A DNA stretch of 59,818 bases, counting the filler, from Sluysia triapertura (taxonomy: Eukaryota): NCBI GenBank assembly GCA_046118255.1. It is 4 parts of 4 records of this genome, joined end to end, with 100 filler letters (N's around TTAATTAATTAA, not from the genome) between each part and the next. Parts side by side here need not be neighbours in the genome. Positions count along the whole stretch, not along the records: positions 17,289 to 29,429 come from JBJNIA010134732.1; positions 29,530 to 43,532 come from JBJNIA010010873.1; 2 more parts are not named here. One strand, written 5' to 3'. The notes under the pieces were generated by a model. The model was not told where the DNA came from and searched no databases. It saw only the letters and a list, made by a program, of their open reading frames with translations. The number at the start of each line of letters is the position of its first letter. Positions within the stretch are counted from its first letter, which is position 1. The position numbers were made by a program, and so were the translations under genes. Positions 26,672-39,238 of the stretch are shown one piece after another.

Positions 26672-27781
26672 CTAGCATAATGTTTATTGAATCAGTCTAT
26701 ACACCAAGACATTTTGGTGGTTATTTATATCATTATTCATATGTATAAGTCCTAGTGCATGATGCAAACGTTTTATACATTATTTTAGTTTACTTTGTAT
26801 TGAATTTATTTATTGATAGTATTAGTTGGTCACAGCTGAAGTAAATGAGTTAATAACATCAAGTCTAAAAATACAACCATTTTATTGTTTTAATTAAATT
26901 ATATTTTATTATTTTGAAATTTTGAATTATATGAATTATGTTTTTTTAAAAAAATCGAAAATTTATTTTAACAATTATGTGCTTACGGCACTTAAAGTTT
27001 AAAATTAAACCGTTGAAATCATTTCTTTCTTGCCTCCGAGGGCGGTTAACGTAAAAATAACAAAAAATTCTTTTATTCGTACAATAAAATTTGTTGTAAA
27101 TCAATGTTGAACTGCTAAAGACTAAAACAAAAAGGATCAACAACAGTAACTAATCCTTCAGGATCAGGATCAAATTGTTCGTCGATGTCCAACATCTTGC
27201 CGAACGTCGCGACTCCGTCGATCTTTAAGACAGCCCACTGCAAACGAAGGAGTAAATCTTTTTAATTAACCACGTTTTTTAACGTTAGCAATTTCTAATA
27301 AAGTCCGAATTTGGTGGGCTATTGTTCCACTTCCATGCACAACTTGATTAAGTGTATTCTCAATACTTATCGGTACAGTATCCTCGTGAGAAGGTATATC
27401 ATATTCTTGAATTTGATGCATTGTATTAATTCTTGGGTGTTCTTGAGATGGATGAGTACCACGAAGTAAGCTGGATTCGTAGTATGTAGGATTCAAACTA
27501 ACAGATGAAGTCGAATCCGCATTTAAATTACTGATTACTAATTTACCAAATAATATCCTCGCTCGAAGATAATCATTTATCGCCAAATTATATTCACTTT
27601 ATTTTATATTTTCCCTCATCTTAAACGACAATTTAAATATAAAACTATAGCGTTGCAAAACACCATAAGCTGATCGGACACAATCAGTAATTAAACGCCG
27701 ATCCAATAATTTTTCAAACATTTTATGTGCAGCTTTTTTACAATTGCTTAATGAACTATGAAGTTCATTTCTTTCTAAACT

Positions 27782-27919
27782 TGATTGAATATCTATCCAA
27801 GTTTCTTTTGGATTATCCCAAAACATTCCAGTTGAATTATTCGCATTATGAGCCAACAGAACTGGGACAGAGCAATGTAATACCATGGAACTATCTAATT
27901 CGTATTCAACTACATTTAG
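27782..27919 (-). pseudogene. GANAB: Fragment of glucosidase II alpha subunit (GH31) embedded in an unrelated ORF
   Basis: LNVVEYELDSSMVLHCSVPVLLAHNANNSTGMFWDNPKETWIDIQS parallels GANAB LDVFxYELxNPMALYGSVPVLLAHN...GIFWLNAAETWVDI; flanks do not continue the match. Confidence 0.8.
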
Positions 27920-29429
27920 CTTGTCAACATTAGCATAACTTTTAAAATCAATCATCCTCTTAGATTGCACAAATTACACCTACTTTAATCAGGAATCACA
28001 TAGATTTCATCACAAAAAACCATATTAATAGAAAGCTCATTCACAACCTGCATACTGGTGCAATTTCATTTACAATACGACACAAATTCATAACAAAACC
28101 ATTAATATTAGTAACATTATAAAATTTTAACATTCTTTTAATAGTAAAATCCGAGTAACATCTATCATCATTATATCAGCATTTCAACACCACTCTTAAT
28201 ATATTTTTATTTTTTACCTTTCGTAAATTTGGCGATTTAGAGACTTATCTGCGATGTAATTTTTATTTATTGCAAATTACGACAATTAATAATTTATGTA
28301 CTAAAATTTTAACGAAATCACTGTCGTATTGTAAAGAAGTTATTGATACGTCTTCACAGCCACATCCTTCTCAGTCGTCATTTTTCCATTCGCTTTCATC
28401 AGTTTCAATTCAACTATCTGACATAGACGATTGTAATCTTCTTGATAAATCTACAATTGAATGTAATAATATTTTAGTTTCAAAGACCACATTAAAAATC
28501 GGCATCACATCATTTATTTTACCTCAAATACTCTTTAGAAATTCAAATTTAAAAAAAATAATAATAAATAGAAAAAAATAATGTTAACGTTGAGATGACT
28601 AATAAAAGTATCATTTAACTTTTTTTAAATGGAATTTGTATTGAGAATGTTTCAGTTTATGTATTGATTTAGTAGATAAAGCAGAAGTTTGGATATTTTG
28701 TTATCTTGGTAGATTTATTATAGTTATTCTGCTTAGGGTGCATGTTTGAATGTTTTTCCATTTTCCTACATAATGAAAGTTTATACTTTAGTTTGATAAA
28801 TAAAAATGTACAAACTATTGCCGCAATTAATTTTTACATAGAATTTATTTGTACAAGCTTATTTAATTAATCCATTATCATCTACAGACAACTTAATAGA
28901 TTATCTATTAAACAATGCACTTTTAAATAAACAAATTTACACAAAAAAATCCCTACACGTATGAGCTAGCATCTTTAATATAAACATAATTTTCTGTCTT
29001 TTGAAAATATTTATATTATATTTTGAACTAATTTATATAAAATTATGGGTAATAATTATTAAGGACACCTACAATAATGTTCATGAAGCACTATTAAGCA
29101 ATGTTTATTAATTTTATGAACTGTCTTTCATAAATAAATTTATAGTAATTAGTAAATTTATAGTAATTTATAAATTTATATTAATTAGTTCATGAATATC
29201 TATATTTTATTTTGTTATTTGTTAGAACAAACAATTGTTCAATCTTTTAATGTATAAATTTTTATGCTTTTGTTCAAATAATTTAAGAACTAGTGAGATA
29301 ATTTGTTTTAATGTTTAAAACTGTAGAAATAATTTAAAATAAAATTCCTCAATTTATTATGGTATAATGACTACAGGTTCAGATAAAGTAAGAAAAGCAG
29401 ATCTTTTATTCAAATTTGAAAAATTTGAA

Positions 29430-29529
29430 NNNNNNNNNNNNNNNNNNNNNNNNNNNNNNNNNNNNNNNNNNNNTTAATTAATTAANNNNNNNNNNNNNNN
29501 NNNNNNNNNNNNNNNNNNNNNNNNNNNNN
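29430..29529. other. Artificial contig spacer
   Basis: 44 N + TTAATTAATTAA + 44 N. Confidence 0.95.
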
Positions 29530-31164
29530 AATGATTGTAGTTGTGAGTATTGTTGTTTTATGTGATGAATTTTACTTATTTTAAGTTAAGGGGTTGGCCA
29601 CTACAATTGTCACATCTTCAGCTATTTGGACAACTTTTTAATATGAAAACAAATTAATTAAACACTGCTGTAAAACTGGCCTTAATTGACTCTCTTCTGT
29701 CAGGCCCGAGCAATCTGCTGTTTAAATGGCAAGTGTAAAGACTATATGGATGCATTCTTTGATGAATAAAACTATTCTCGATATTTGTAAGTTATCAACT
29801 AACTTTGACTTTTTCTACAAATTTTACTGTTTCCGGATTTTTTCATTATTTTATTATTTCAGGACTTACATAATAAAACAATTATATATTATGTCATACG
29901 TTTGAATTCTGTTCTTGCTTTTATTGGTAACCAATGTAATTTTTTAAAAACCCCTTACATGGAAAATTATTCATTTTAATTGATTCAACAATAATTTCAC
30001 ACTTTTGAGTAAAATATTAAAATATTATGAATGATCCACAATTAGTTTAACCGAATCTTTATTAATAAATTTTCTAATATTTGATATTTTCTTTAAGTGG
30101 AATTTGCACATTAATTAATATTTTTCTATTTTCATTTTTGAATCCACATAGTATCATCTATTTCCTACTTTTAGTTTTGCAATTAGTATCTTGTCACTTA
30201 TAATTAAATAAAATTCTAGTGTTGTTCTTATTGTAATATAATTCCTTTTTTAACATTTTGTTATATTAATAAATTTTAATAATTGATTTTCTGATTTAGA
30301 AAATTGACCGAAAACTCTGATATAATATTTCTGAAAAGAATAGAACTTTATACTTTCTTTTCACTAACAAAAACAAGTTAAAAGAAGCTGATTATAATGT
30401 GAATTGAATTAATTTTATAAGACCTTTATTTGAGTTTAACTATTCACTTACGTTTAAGAACTGATTTAACTGTTAAAAAACTATTGAGAGATTATTTTTA
30501 AATAAACATTCACAAACTAAGATCATAATTACGAAGTAATTGTTAATAAATATCTAAAAAACAAGTTGTTAGTTTTATGCTTTCAAGTAAAAACTTTTCA
30601 AAAAATTAAAGTGGTTTGAATTGGTTTATGTCACAACATTTTTAAAATTAATTTTCCACTATGTATATTTACTCTAAATATATTGCTATTATTATTATTA
30701 TAATGGAATGAATGTAGCAATATGATGGATCGATTACTTAGGATATAAATGCTTTCAACACACAAACTCTTCAGATAATCGACAAGAATATGGTAAATCG
30801 TTTTTCCGATTTGCTGAGCCAATTCGCACTATTTTGAAAAGATGTTCCCAAATACCATCAGGCACATATAAAACAAATTCAGTTTCCGTTACTTATTCAA
30901 ATATACTTTAAAATCAGTATATTAAATAAGGCTTATCTTCTAGCTAGCAATTCTTAAGTTTTATAATGATTTTAGACACGTATTATATAATAAATAAATC
31001 AAAATCCAACAATATGTTTTTTATTAAGATAATTTAAATAAGTAAATAATTTAAATTATACTAATAAATTCTAAATTACATTAAAACAAAAATAATTACA
31101 AATTTCGAATAATTGTTAATTATATTGCAAATAAAATCGTAAAAGGGAACATTTTTTCATGTTT

Positions 31165-31245
31165 CTGATTGGATAAATAAAATTAAATGACCAATGAAGC
31201 AAAATATAAGTGACCAAAACAACATTCATATTCATTAGTCGTTTG
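31165..31245 (+). promoter_or_regulatory. Putative netrin core promoter (two CCAAT boxes, initiator-like TCATTAGTC)
   Basis: ATTGG at 31168, CCAAT at 31191, about 140-160 nt upstream of the ATG. Confidence 0.4.
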
Positions 31246-31329
31246 TAATTAATAAACTAATCTAACGACATTTTTTATTTATTTAAACAAAACCAAAAAA
31301 ATAATTTTACGTTAATAACTTTGTAATCA

Positions 31330-32064
31330 ATGTTTAATATTATATTTTTAACGATATTTTTGGTGAATGTTCGATCAATATTTATGATTTATCGCTTATC
31401 TGAATTTAAATGCCATCAAAATGGACAGCCAACTTTATGTATGCCAGCTTTTTTAAGTCTTCTTGAAAATGCACCTGTTCAGGCTAGTTCTACTTGCGGT
31501 ACTAACGGTCCTGAACAAGTGTGTCGCATATGGCCATCGAATACAAGTTCTATTAATCGTCAGTTTTGTAGTTTATGCGATGCACATTCTCCATTTAGTG
31601 CTTACCCTCCTCGGCACATTAATGATCGTCATGACACGAGAAATCAAACCTGTTGGTTCAGTGGACCTATTTTACGGACTCCTCCTTACAATATTGTCAA
31701 TATAACAATTTCATTAAAGAAAACTTATGATGTATACTACGTGGCATTGCAGATCTGTGGTACTATCCCAGATTCAATTGCTATATATAAAAGTGCAGAC
31801 TATGGTAATAATTGGGAACCATGGCAATTGTTTTCTAAAGATTGTTATCGTGCTTTTAAAATGCCTACGACAAATTTTATAAACAATCAAATGGGATTTT
31901 CGAATATTAAAGAAGTAACTTGTTTACAATTGTCTTCGAATATACTTTACAACGATTACGGAGAAGCACTTGAAGTGCTTGCTTTCAATACGGATTCAGG
32001 TAGAACACCTTGGTTCACGTGGACTGATAATTTACTTGACTGGATGACAATGACTGATTTAAAG
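31330..32064 (+). CDS. netrin: Netrin exon 1: signal peptide + laminin N-terminal (domain VI)
   Basis: Hydrophobic N-terminus; CMPAF, ASSTCG, CSLCDA, TCWFS, VNITISLKK..VYYVALQIC..PDSIAIYKSADYG..WEPWQLFS, LLDWMTMTDLK; donor AAG|GT at 32065. Confidence 0.93.
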
Positions 32065-32859
32065 GTTGTTTAAAAAGTATTAATCATTGTGTTTGATTAA
32101 AATAACAAAATTTATCTATGTCTAAATGTAAATTTAATAATATTCAAATAGAATAAATATTGAAGAATATTAAATATATTATGATTAATAACAACTTTAT
32201 ATTTTTAACTATAAATTTAAAATTTTTCTTTAATGTTACGAAAAAGAAAGTTATTTTCTATTTAAAACAGTTTTAATAAATTTGTGCTAGTTGGTTTAAA
32301 TGATTTATTAATCTTTTTTATGCATGTTATACATAATCTTTCAAGTCACAATGTTTGTATGTGACATATAAATAAGGTCTTTTTAATTATGTTAGCTATA
32401 AAAATTAGTGGCACATCAAAAAATCGTGTTACTATTTTCACGGAAAAAAATTTAAATTCAATCTTAAATTTCTTTTAAATAATTGTTATAAATTATTTTC
32501 AAAGTAACATTTTTCTTAAAATTATAGAAAAATAATTTAAGGATTTAAATATTATGTAAAATCTTATAAAGTTTCAAAAATCAAAAAATCTATATAATAA
32601 TTTGACCATTCACATTGAAGGAAACAGATAAATATAGAAATAAATACAAATTGAATTTTTATTTGATTATGAATCTCTTAAGTCACTTTGTTGAAATCTC
32701 GTAAAAACAATTCGACCACAGAAATATTTGGCGACACAATTCAACATATAATGGCATGCTATTTTGCCATTTTTGGTATTACAAATTGTTCAAAAACTTC
32801 CTTGAGAATTCATAATAATAAATATTATTGACCAAATAATTTGTGAACCAACAAAAGAC

Positions 32860-33210
32860 GTAACCAATGGAATTTTAAATACTCTTTAAGCAGTAGTTTG
32901 CCTCCGCATGAACTGCATCTTAAAGTTGGAGTTATTATAATGCCCTTAAGATACAAAAAGTGGCCTTTATAATGGAGATCGTTTCAAAGTTATCCAGATT
33001 TTATCAAACTTTGTAGATTGTGAAGTTGTTAATGGAAGGTTTGCAGGAAAACCAAAAATTAAGTTAGAACCAATGGATGATTTGTTTTACTTTAAATTTC
33101 AGAAAAAGCAGTTTCTTATTCGCTTATCTTTCTGAATTACATTTAAAGAAGTTGGAATTTAACATGATTCTTCCTTTTTTGCACACAGGTAGTTATATAT
33201 TATATTCCCA
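32860..33210 (+). mobile_element. Helitron/PIF1-type helicase C-terminal remnant in netrin intron 1
   Basis: SSLPPHELHLKVGVIIMPLR...YNGDRFKV...DCEVVNGRFAGKPKIKLEP...FKFQKKQFLIRLSF...FFAHR*LY matches LPPHxLxLKVGxPIMLLRN...RxQFPxRLAF...FxHGQLY. Confidence 0.85.
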
Positions 33211-33810
33211 ATGAACACATTTTTAATCTGATGAAAAAGTTTTAACATAAACCAAAAATAACAAATATTATGAAATAAAAAATACACTTACCCGAATGTC
33301 TACTTGAATGATGATTTCCATGGAGAACGTTGAAGGTTTCCTCACTGAATACAAAAAACTTTTCTAATTATGACAGTTTTTGTTGACCCTTATCATTTTA
33401 TACCTATCTTCGATGAGAATCGTTTAATTTTCATGTCATATTGGATTGTCATATTAAGCTTCTAATAACTCAACTTTGTTATACACAAGTAGATAGATAT
33501 AGCTCCGATATATTATTTACAATAGTTTACTAGTACTTCATTGCGAACAAAATTTTGATTGGTTGAAATAAAGTGGTTTAGGAGGTGGTTGACTCTTATG
33601 TATTACCTTTTTTGTTAGAGTATTATATTAAATTTGGATTTGATGTTAACAAACTGGAAGTTGGTTTATTTTGATTCCTACAACCCTAAATAAATAAATA
33701 GAAATTTGAACATCAATGTATAATAATTATAAATATAAAAATAAATTGTACCCGCCTAATAAGTAATTTTGGCATTAATACAGATTGAATATATTCCATC
33801 GTTCGTGTAG

Positions 33811-33956
33811 CATATTTTATAACATTGGTTTTATCATTAACTTTTACATAAGGATGTTCTAGAATTTGTTCAATATTTCGTTTAGTAATATTATTTATTT
33901 CTAATGAAAAAGCATCAAATTCAACCGATAGGATTTTACACGTGACTTAAACTTAT
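33811..33956 (+). repeat. Diverged third copy of the ~280-bp dispersed repeat
   Basis: Shares GTTTTATCATTAACTTT...AAGGATGTTCT and TTTTACACGTGA with the 8131 and 10362 copies. Confidence 0.7.
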
Positions 33957-36525
33957 AATTAAAATGTATGATTGGTTTTCTTATTAAGTGATATCAGATC
34001 ATTTTTCAGAATAATTAATTATTTATATAGACTTTCGTTACTTAAAATAAATTACCTCAAAAGCTCTTTCCTTCGAGTAATAAATTAAGACAATTTCCCC
34101 TTTATTAACACCAAAACCAAATTTAATATAACACTCTACCGAATTTGTGGTGTTTCAACCTTAACTGATACGAATATATTGTATCAGTTACATATGCATC
34201 TATACATACACATACCACAACTTACACTCATTACAAAATACATTTAAGGAACATCAATATTCAGTATTATCCTAAGTCTGATAACAACGCATGACCTCAT
34301 AAAATAATAATAACCTTTTAAATTAATTTAAAATTCTAAATCTAGACACTAATAATATTTGACTCTAAATTTTGAGAATACTATAAGCTAAATTATTACT
34401 GCAATTCACATTGACATTGTCCTATTTATCAGTTATATTAATTTATGTGTATCTTTTAAATTACAATTGTAAACGCCAATACAATGTAATAAACTTAATT
34501 TTCATGATGTAATTAAGAACAGAATTGAATTGAAAAAAATTACGTTATGTACTATTAATTCTTTTTAACTATTATATACTATAACTTTTGTTAATCTGTT
34601 AAAGAATTATCAATCCAATAAACTGATGTTGATGATGTTAAAGCTAGATCGATGGCAGTGACGTTATTGATATCTTATTAATGCATTTTATGCGAGGAAT
34701 ATGTTGTGATGTCGAAAAATAGTTTTAAGATCAGCCTTAATGTTTCTTCATCGATTAACGTCATTTTAAAATTGAACAAAATGTCAACGGTTTGTGAAGA
34801 AATTCGTAATTTAGAAAATATAAAGAATACCAGTTATGATGATTTTGATTTAAAAGTGGGCTCCAAAAACCGCAACAAAATTAAAATCTGCATGAAAAAT
34901 CCAGAAGAGTCCAGCCTTTGAAATTATTAAAATTAAGAATCGTTAAAATAGTTCTACAATTTCATCATGAAATAAATGCACCTGTAATAAAATTTAATTC
35001 ATGAATGTGGTATCCGAATAATAATTAGGAAGATGATAATATTTGTAACGAATATTTTTAAAAATTTAGATTATTTTCTTTGGTTAGTCAAACATTATTT
35101 GGCATCATAGATTTGCTTATTAATCTTGATTTAAATAATTGTATACTCAATGTAAATGCTCTTTTGGATTGTAATAGAGGATTCAAGGATTCTGATTCAG
35201 AATTGTACTTATCGTACATTTTAAGATAAATATAGATTGTAAATTTAAGAAAATTTTGTATTTTAAATTTAAATATATTTCAATTATATTTATATTTCTT
35301 TACATTTGAAAAGAAATTTTATTTTAATATTAATGTTTTGTTCGAAAATTTTGATATTTTAAAAAATGCCTAAGTTAGCTTCAAAAGCCTGCTCGTAAGC
35401 ATATAAATTTATGAAAACTTATATGTTACTGTCGAAAAGTTAAATGCAATTTTGAAATAAGTAAAAATAGATTTTCTTCCTGCATTTTTGCCTACGATGT
35501 ATGATAGATTATTAGAAAACAATCCTAAATCGTTATTAATGGATGTTACTGCTGGTCTTTCTCCAGCTCTGGAAGCGGTAGACTTTGAAAGTGAATCGGC
35601 TTCAGTAAGAACCTCTGAAGTTTAAGAGGAAAACAAAGCACCAGTGAAGGAAATTTGCGGTTTGTGCTTTGTTAGACTAAAGATTAACGAATTAAATCAA
35701 TCATCGAAAGATCATGGAGATAAAATGCAGAGTTTTGGTAAAAAAAATTGTCCGAGTTGGAGAAGGTAGTTAAATGTCAAATTTTAAAATAAATCGAAGG
35801 AACATGTTACAGAAGGTGCCGAAACAGCGCAGCTAAGTTTGCAATCGAAGGAGATCCAAATTTTACCAGACGCAGTAACTTGCATACACCCTTTAAGGTA
35901 GTTGAGTATATAAATTTTGAAATTAAGTGTCATGATATGCCCTGTCGAGTTTGTTGCATTCTTTACGTCATACTAACAAACTTTTTAAATTTTATGATAA
36001 TTTTATTAAATACTTTTGTGTGAATACTAGGTTTTATGAAATAAGCAGTCTTTTTATTTATTTATGTTCTAAATTTTAAATTTGAATTTAAATTTCAAAT
36101 AAAGTTCGAGTGCCATAAGTACAAAAGTTAAAAACTAATAATAGTAATTATAGTAATTATAAAGCCCTTAGATAAACAAGACTACGGCCAAACAATACCT
36201 ATTAGCCAGGAATCAACCAATCAATCCCTCAAAACTTGTGTTCGCGCTAAACCACCTTGAGCAACTAATCAAACTTGTATCCGTGCCGAATCACTGGCAA
36301 ACCCTTGCGAACTATTACATACACTCTATTATAAGAAATTCCATTACATACATTATATTTGTCTGCAAATGAAAATTAAAAATTTCTTATCTCCAGGAAA
36401 TAGTGGCATCAGGAAATACTGGTTGAATTTATTAGTCTAAATTTAATATCTCAAATTTTCACGATCATGATGTAAAACTGAGACCTGTAACAAAACTGTA
36501 TCTTACAATCGAAGAAGCATCTTTA

Positions 36526-36730
36526 TTCTTTTCTGCCCAAGATTACTTGCATACATTGCACTCAGGATTTCATACTTTTATTTGATATCATTCTTTTCTG
36601 CCCAAAATTACTTGCATACATTGCACTCAGGATTTCATACATTTATTTGATATCATTCTTTTCTGCCCAAAATTACTTGCATACATTGCACTCAGGATTT
36701 CATACTTTTATTTGATATCATTCTTTTTTG
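36526..36730. repeat. 65-bp minisatellite, about 3.1 near-perfect copies
   Basis: Unit starts at 36526, 36591, 36656, 36721 (TTCTTTTCTGCCCAARATTACTTGCATACATTGCACTCAGGATTTCATAC...). Confidence 0.95.
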
Positions 36731-37675
36731 CCTTAAATTTCGCGTGCATTATTGCAGAAAATCCTCCTATTAATTTCACTCACCAAACATATCTTCTTCC
36801 ATGCTTTCTCATAATCAAAAAACAATTTTCAAAATATATCATAATTCATCACTTACGATGGTTTTGTCTCTATCTACCATCAGATATAGTCAAAAAAGTA
36901 TACACTGAATGTTAATTTGGATATTTACGGTTTGAATGGAGAAATTGATGGTTTTGTTGATTTCCTTACCGAATATGAAACTTTTCTAGCGGTGACATGA
37001 TTTTTGTTGACTAAAATGATATTGTGATATTTATTGATTAACAATAATAGTAATCTGATCACTAAAGTAATATTTATTTATTCCAATTTATGGTTTTTCT
37101 GCTTTCCATTTTATTAAAGAATTGATAAACTTAATTTTAAAATTTTGGACACAATTTTTAAACGGAGAAATGGTGTTTGGGTACTCTTAAGCGTTGATAA
37201 TAAATTATAATTATGTAGAAAATAATAGTAAAATAGTATTTAAGAATAATAATTACATAATCATAATAGTAATAAATCAATAATAATAATTATTATTATA
37301 AATGAAGTAATAATCTAAAACAATTAAATTAACGCCTGAAATAATAAAACTTTTATAAAGGTTTTATAAAACTTTTATAAAACAGCTTTATGGCGGCCAA
37401 ACTCTTAGTACAGCGTTTGATCGACAACCAATATGGTCATATTATTCGGCAGATGGAATTCTATCATGTTACGAAATTTATATTTTTAATTTTGTTTTAT
37501 TTTTTAGTAATCAATTTAGTTTGTAATATATGAAGATACTCAAGATATTTACAATGCGCTTATATGTGTTTGAATATTTTTATTGTGACTTAAACTTAAT
37601 GTTATTAGTGAATTTTTGTTTATATATATCTATCATATACAGTTGTGTGTTTGTTCTTTAGTTCAATGTCTAAAT

Positions 37676-37702
37676 CAGTGGTTCCCAAACTGTGTGTCGC
37701 GA
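37676..37702 (+). mobile_element. Solo hAT-type terminal sequence
   Basis: CAGTGGTTCCCAAACTGTGTGTCGCG matches a common hAT/Charlie TIR start; no partner end found. Confidence 0.45.
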
Positions 37703-38648
37703 AAAATGTTATTAATTAAATAATAAGTTATTAATTAGTTTTATAAAGGTTTTTAATAATAATTTAAACGGTAATAAACGATTTTGTAAATTTATGATAA
37801 AAATTAAACATCCTTTTAGTAAAAACTATTTTAAACACTAACTTTAATTTCTACATTGGTGAATACACTATAATATTCTTTTGCTGTATTAAGTATGTTT
37901 GTTTTATCAATGTTTCGTTTTATATTTTGTTCTACTTTTATAAAATTACGATAAATTCATTTAATTGCGATTTGAGTTCTCAAAACGTAAATCTAAAGAT
38001 TCCAATCTTGAAAGTTAAGTCATTTAAAGTTAATGTTCATTTCAATAAGGACTTTAAATCTGTAAATATTTACTTTAAGCACTCTAAGTATCATCCTCAA
38101 ACTATTACATTTAGAATCGAGTTTAACGCTTCTTTAATAATAATTAATTTCGACTCTATCATTCTTTAAAGAATAACATTTTTCTTATTTAGTTAACGTA
38201 TTTAGTTTCGTAATATCACTATAACATAGATTAGACATTATCACGTATAAAGACAATTAGACAAACATAAATGCTAACCCTACAGAAATGTCTTCTAGAA
38301 AGATATAAACCGTTTACTATATTTTATTTTGTAAGTTAGTTTTTCAATAAAACATTTGAAATTGTATAAAGTGTAATAAAATATCAAAATATATAATGAT
38401 ACTAAAAGCGAAAAACTATATGCTATTTTTAATAATCAAGCATATAATTTATAAAAGGCGCAATTGTTGTTCCAGATTGACAAAATATGATAGTAGTAAG
38501 TTCAAGATAATGGTAGAAAATTAAATACTTTTTTAAATAACATTAGAAATTGTTATTAATATTAAAATGAAACGAGAAATTATATTATTTGAAGTTGTAA
38601 AAATTGTCATTAATTATCTTTTAGATTATGTAATTGATTTAAATCTAG

Positions 38649-38991
38649 GTAAGTCTTATAAGGTTTCCAGATCAATCTTTATTACGTGGATCTGATGAAC
38701 ACGGGCGTGCTCCTGGATCAGCTGGAGAATATTATTTTGATTCAAGACATTCAATGCGATTCCACGACGAACCAGAACCTCCTATTGTGCATTACGGTTT
38801 ATCTGATATTGCAGTTGGTGGTCGATGCAAATGCAACGGACATGCAAATGAGTGTGCCGATGATGGACGTGGTAATGTTCACTGTGTGTGTCAGCATAAT
38901 ACTGAAGGTAAAGATTGTGAAAGATGCAAGCCAAAATTTCTTGATCGACCATGGGCTAGAGCAACTAAAAATAATGCCAACGCTTGTAAAC
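38649..38991 (+). CDS. netrin: Netrin exon 2: end of domain VI + first laminin-EGF repeat
   Basis: Acceptor TCTAG at 38648, phase 0 with exon 1 (TDLK|VSLIRF); HYGLSDIAVGGRCKCNGHANEC...CQHNTEGKDCERCKPKFLDRPWARATKNNANACK; donor GTTAGT at 38992; later exons not found in the window. Confidence 0.93.
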
Positions 38992-39130
38992 GTTAGTCAA
39001 CATTACAATTAGATGTAATCATAAAATTCATTTGAGTTAAAAATGTGTATTACTGACTTAGTACATGAAAAATCTAAATAATTATCAAAAACGCGTATTT
39101 CTAATAAGCTTATTGAATATCATTAGAACA

Positions 39131-39238
39131 CATTAGGCTTTCATTAACACATTATTAATAATTTATTAATACATTATTAATAACACATTATTAATACATT
39201 ATAATAATAATTAATAATGTGTTAATGAAAGCCTAATG
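39131..39238. repeat. Perfect 29-bp inverted repeat (fold-back)
   Basis: CATTAGGCTTTCATTAACACATTATTAAT (39131-39159) and its reverse complement (39210-39238). Confidence 0.9.

Noticed and set aside
26493-26675. ORF ending in (YI)n
   Set aside because: Translation of the (TA)n microsatellite
27655-27760. LLDRRLITDCVRSAYGVLQ resembling ribosomal protein S3 (ACYGVLR)
   Set aside because: The match is too short to support
31463-31705. Alternative-frame ORFs overlapping netrin exons (also 38686-39012)
   Set aside because: Off-frame shadows of the netrin CDS with no motifs
31330-38991. Laminin gamma or beta chain as an alternative identity
   Set aside because: The VALQIC / YKSADYG and CKP..LDRPWARAT signatures fit netrin better, though the C-terminal exons are not visible to confirm
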